Source of the DNA: an uncultured Gammaproteobacteria bacterium
GTDB lineage: Bacteria; Pseudomonadota; Gammaproteobacteria; Steroidobacterales; Rariloculaceae
Direction: 5' to 3'
DNA length: 64,000 nt
NCBI GenBank assembly: GCA_963841645.1
Contig: CAWJDS010000008.1
Location: forward strand, 283,954 to 347,953
Position numbers and translations under genes: made by a program. Under the pieces are notes generated by a model. It saw nothing but the letters and a program-made list of their open reading frames with translations. It ran no database searches and was not told the origin of the DNA. Each line of letters opens with the position of its first letter. Position 1 is the stretch's first letter. Positions 60,910 to 64,000 of the stretch are shown piece by piece.

Positions 60910-61802
60910 GTGACTAGCCCGGCCACGACCGCTCACGCGCACCCGCACGATCACTCCCACTACTACGTGCCGCACGGCACGCGCTGGCCGATCTTCGGCT
61001 CGATCGGGCTGTTCACGCTGATGACCGGCACTGCGCTGTGGCTCAACGACTTCAAGGCCGGGCCGTGGCTCATGCTCGTCGGCTTCGGATTCGTGGTCTT
61101 CATGCTGTTCGCGTGGTTCGGCAACGTGATCGGCGAGAGCGAGGGCGGCCTCTACAACAAGCAGGTCGACTCGTCGTTCCGTTGGGGCATGAGCTGGTTC
61201 ATCTTCTCCGAGGTGATGTTCTTCGCCGTGTTCTTCGGCACGCTGTTCTACACGCGCGAGCTCGTGGTGCCGTGGCTCGCGGGCGAAGGCGATAACTTCT
61301 TCACGAACCGTTGATCTGGCCCGACTTCGAGAACGCGTGGCCGTCGGCGGGTCCGATGGGCCCGCATGTCGAGCGGATGGCCGCGTGGGGCATCCCGACG
61401 ATCAACACCGCGCTGCTGCTCTCGAGCGGCGTCACGATCACGATCGCGCACCACGTGCTGCGGCACGGCAAGCGCGGCGCGCTCGATCGTTCTGGCTCGC
61501 CGCGACGTTCGTGCTCGGCTTCGTGTTCCTGTTCCTACAGGCGCACGAGTACATCCACGCCTACACGGAGCTCGGACTGCAGGCTCGACACCGGCATCTA
61601 CGGCGCGACGTTCTTCATGCTGACGGGCTTCCACGGCCTGCACGTGACGCTCGGCGCGATCATGCTCGTGGTCATCTGGCTGCGCGTGCTGCGCGGGCAT
61701 TTCACGCCGGACCGGCACTTCGCGTTCGAGGCGGTGGCCTGGTATTGGCACTTCGTCGACGTGGTGTGGCTCGGCCTGTTCTTCTTCGTCTACTGGGTGT
61801 AG
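60910..61802 (+). CDS. coxC: cytochrome c oxidase subunit III, reading frame interrupted (~61310, ~61485, ~61575)
   Basis: HPHDHSHYYVP, WPIFGSIG, RWGMSWFIFSEVMFF, FLQAHEY (alternate frame), ATFFMLTGFHGLHV and AWYWHFVDVVWL. Confidence 0.88.
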
Positions 61803-61832
61803 GCGCCGGTCGCCGCTCGTGCGGGCGGCCGC

Positions 61833-62026
61833 TCAACCGCCGAGACCGTGCGGCTGAATCCAGCCCGACCCACCAGGCGAGCATCAGCAGCGCGAAAAAC
61901 AGCACCGAGACAGCCTACGCGCATCGTGAGCGCGCGCAGCACGGAGTCCGAGCGGCCGCGCCGGAACGCGAGCACCGCGGCGAGCAAGGCCGCAAGCATG
62001 GCGGCGAAGAACACGATCGCTATCAT
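61833..62026 (-). CDS. small twin-TM protein (DUF2909-like), reading frame interrupted
   Basis: MIAIVFFAAMLAALLAAVLAFRRG, then LFFALLMLAWWVG and ..WIQPHGLGG in other frames. Opposite strand to the cox genes. Family assignment is from memory. Confidence 0.4.
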
Positions 62027-62064
62027 CGGACCCCAGTGATTGAGCCTCGGGTGAAAATTCTATC

Positions 62065-62812
62065 GTGAGCACGCGCGCGCGGCTCGTCCGCTCGGGTCTA
62101 GCGGTCGCCGGCTTGCTCGCCCTCGCGGGCGCGTGCGGGTGGCTCTGCGCATGGCAGCTACAGCGCGCGGCCGAGAGCCGCGAGCTCTCGGCCCGCTTCG
62201 CGGCTGGCGGCGACGCGGCGGCGCTCGACGCGGCACCCGAGCGACTGACCGACGACCAGCGCTTCCAGCGCGTCGCGCTCAAGGGACGCTACGTGGCCGC
62301 AACCCAGGTTCTACTCGACGACCGCATCCACGACGGCGCCGCGGGCTACGAGGTGCTCACGGCGCTCGAGCTCGCGGATGGGCGCAACGTGCTCGTGAAC
62401 CGCGGCTGGATCCGCGCCGATGCGGACCGCCGCGTGCTGCCCGACGTGAGCGTCGACGGCGATGAGCGCGAGGTGAGCGGGCGGCTCGAGCGGCTGCCGC
62501 GCCCGGGGCTCAAGCTCGGCTCGTCTCGTGGGACCGCGCCGGCGGACGCTCCCGTGATCGTCGCGGTCTATCCGACCGCGGCCGACATCGGCCGCTGGCT
62601 CCACTCGCAGCTGCTCGGACTACGAGCTCTTGCTCGATGCCGACGCGAACGACGGGTACGTCCGCGATTGGCAGGCGCCCGTGATGAGCCCCGAGCGCCA
62701 TCTCGCGTATGCGGGTCAGTGGCTCGTGTTCGGGCTCGGCTCGATCGCGGCGGCGGTCGCGGTCGCCCGCTCGGCGCGCGCGAGCCGCACGCCGGAGGGG
62801 CCGGCGCCGTGA
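62065..62812 (+). CDS. SURF1-family cytochrome oxidase biogenesis protein, one frame change (~62615)
   Basis: N-terminal TM followed by WQLQR, then F.RV.L.G.Y......LLD, VNRGW and a C-terminal PERHLAYAGQWLVFG in the frame of ORF 62630..62812. Confidence 0.75.
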
Positions 62813-63369
62813 AGCGCGCCGCGCTCGTGCCGTGGCTCGTCGCGCTCGCGGTGTTCGGGCCGTTCGCCGCGGCATTGCTCCTCTACTACCTGCCGGCCAA
62901 TCTCGATTGGCTGCCGCAGCTGCCGGGCTCGCGAGAGCTTTTGGAGCCGCCGCTCGCGGCGCCGCCGGGCTGGCTCGAGCTGGCGCCAGGAGCCGGGCCA
63001 CGTCGATACCCGTGGTTCTTGATCTATGCAAAAATGTCGCGTTGCGATCGGCCTTGCGCCGCAACCCTCGAGCGGCTCGGGCAAGTGCACGCGGCACTCG
63101 CGGGCGACGCCGACCGAGTGCAGCGGGTCTTTTGGTACACCGGCGCGGCGCCGGATATGGCCGCGGATCGCGACCTCGAGCTGCGGAACCTGGACGGCGC
63201 GTCGGGCGAGAGCACGGTGCGTGCGCTTGGGCTCGACCGGCTCGAGGGAGGGCGCATCTACGTCGCCGACCCGCGAGGCAATCTCGTCGTCAGCTACCCC
63301 GCCGACGTCGAACAGAAAGAACTATTGCGCGACTTGAAGCGCTTGCTCTCGGCATCCGGATCGAATTGA
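62809..63369 (+). CDS. conserved membrane-anchored protein of cox clusters (function unknown)
   Basis: GTG 62809 overlaps the SURF1 stop (GTGA). N-terminal TM, CDRPC motif, C-terminal ..ELLRDLKRLL. Occupies the slot between SURF1 and heme A synthase seen in Pseudomonas-type cox clusters (from memory). Confidence 0.5.
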   Translation: MKRAALVPWLVALAVFGPFAAALLLYYLPANLDWLPQLPGSRELLEPPLAAPPGWLELAPGAGPRRYPWFLIYAKMSRCDRPCAATLERLGQVHAALAGDADRVQRVFWYTGAAPDMAADRDLELRNLDGASGESTVRALGLDRLEGGRIYVADPRGNLVVSYPADVEQKELLRDLKRLLSASGSN

Positions 63370-64000
63370 TGAACGCCGGAATGAACGTGCTATTCGTGCG
63401 ACTCGCGCGGTTCGGCTGCGTGCTCGCGCTCGCCGTCGTGATGCTCGGCGCCTGGGTGCGTCTGCACGACGCGGGGCTCGGCTGCCCGGACTGGCCGGGT
63501 TGCTACGGCAAGCTCGTCGTGCCCGACAGTGCGACCGCCGCGCAGGATCCCGGCTTCGCCGCGCGGCCGCTCGTCGCCGCGAAGGCTTGGCGCGAGATGA
63601 TCCATCGCTATCTCGCGGGCACGCTCGTGCTCGTCTGCGTCGCGCTCGGCGCGCTCGCGTGGCTCAACCGCGCGGATCCAAAGCAGCCGTGGCGACGCCC
63701 GCTCGCGCTGCTCGGGCTCATCGTGTTTCAGGCGCTGCTCGGCATGTGGACCGTGACGTTGTTGCTGAAGCCGCTGATCGTGGTCGCACATCTCTTCGGC
63801 GGGCTCGCGACGCTTGCGCTGCTCGCATCGCTTGGGCGTTGGCGGCACACGCGCGTGAGCGCGCCGACGCCCGCACTGCGCGCGCTCGGACTTGCCGCTG
63901 CCGCGGCGCTCGTGCTCCAGATCTTCCTCGGCGGCTGGACGAGCTCGAACTACGCGGCCGTCGCGTGCCCCGACTTTCCGACCTGCCAGACTCAGTGGTG
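63369..64000 (+). CDS. ctaA: heme A synthase (COX15/CtaA), 5' part; continues beyond the window
   Basis: The ATG at 63369 shares its first base with the preceding TGA. Open frame to the window end: VMLGAWVRLHDAGLGCPDWPGCYG, HRYLAG, and GGWTSSNYAAVACPDFPTC with the paired Cys motifs typical of COX15. Confidence 0.8.
   Translation, partial: MNAGMNVLFVRLARFGCVLALAVVMLGAWVRLHDAGLGCPDWPGCYGKLVVPDSATAAQDPGFAARPLVAAKAWREMIHRYLAGTLVLVCVALGALAWLNRADPKQPWRRPLALLGLIVFQALLGMWTVTLLLKPLIVVAHLFGGLATLALLASLGRWRHTRVSAPTPALRALGLAAAAALVLQIFLGGWTSSNYAAVACPDFPTCQTQW

Noticed and set aside
62065-63369. A 434-aa ORF spanning SURF1 and the following gene as if it were one protein
   Set aside because: The SURF1 C-terminus (PERHLAYAGQWLVFG) lies in another frame and ends at 62812. 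The downstream gene starts at GTG 62809 (GTGA overlap). The long ORF arises because SURF1, after a frame change near 62615, runs in frame into the next gene.

Overview
GC-rich chromosomal segment (third codon positions are almost always G/C) with gammaproteobacterial-type core synteny. Nearly everything I can recognise is housekeeping.

Gene content, in order:
- ubiE-ubiJ-ubiB
- a small accessory-looking block: MmcQ-like, HAD, 2OG-oxygenase-like, membrane protein, CinA-like, EEP
- a complete unfused trpEGDCFBA operon with a Trp-Trp leader peptide and terminator/attenuator
- an ABC exporter plus a sulfotransferase, then a LysE exporter
- ppc
- ABC-ATPase/tesA/fadD
- DUF445-pyrF, then dgt-aroB-aroK
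- pilMNOPQ plus an extra Ig-like (Big_1-type) lipoprotein gene, divergent from ponA
- gltA and rpmE
- rph-rdgB and a lone PP2C phosphatase
- yicC-gmk-rpoZ-spoT-ridA-recG
- ubiA, comF, bioB-bioC
- an aa3 cytochrome oxidase cluster, coxB-coxA-ctaG-coxC-(small TM)-SURF1-(TM protein)-ctaA, which runs off the window end

I saw no rRNA, tRNA, CRISPR array, transposase, integrase, phage gene or recognisable defence gene.

The dominant anomaly is that most long conserved genes are interrupted by frame changes. My by-eye estimate is on the order of 100 in 64 kb; this was not computed. The conserved protein sequence simply continues in another frame after each break. The most parsimonious reading is indel errors in the sequence; very recent pseudogenisation is less likely. 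For those genes the coordinates below are reconstructed spans (start to true stop), not single ORFs.

I did not find convincing evidence for a novel multi-gene system. The most unusual items are:
- a 142-nt palindrome with perfect 32-bp arms inside ubiJ
- the Big_1 lipoprotein gene inserted between pilQ and aroK, with its own terminator
- the apparently leaderless Trp-Trp leader/attenuator in front of a whole-pathway trp operon
- an AT-rich intergenic island with a perfect DnaA box upstream of rpmE
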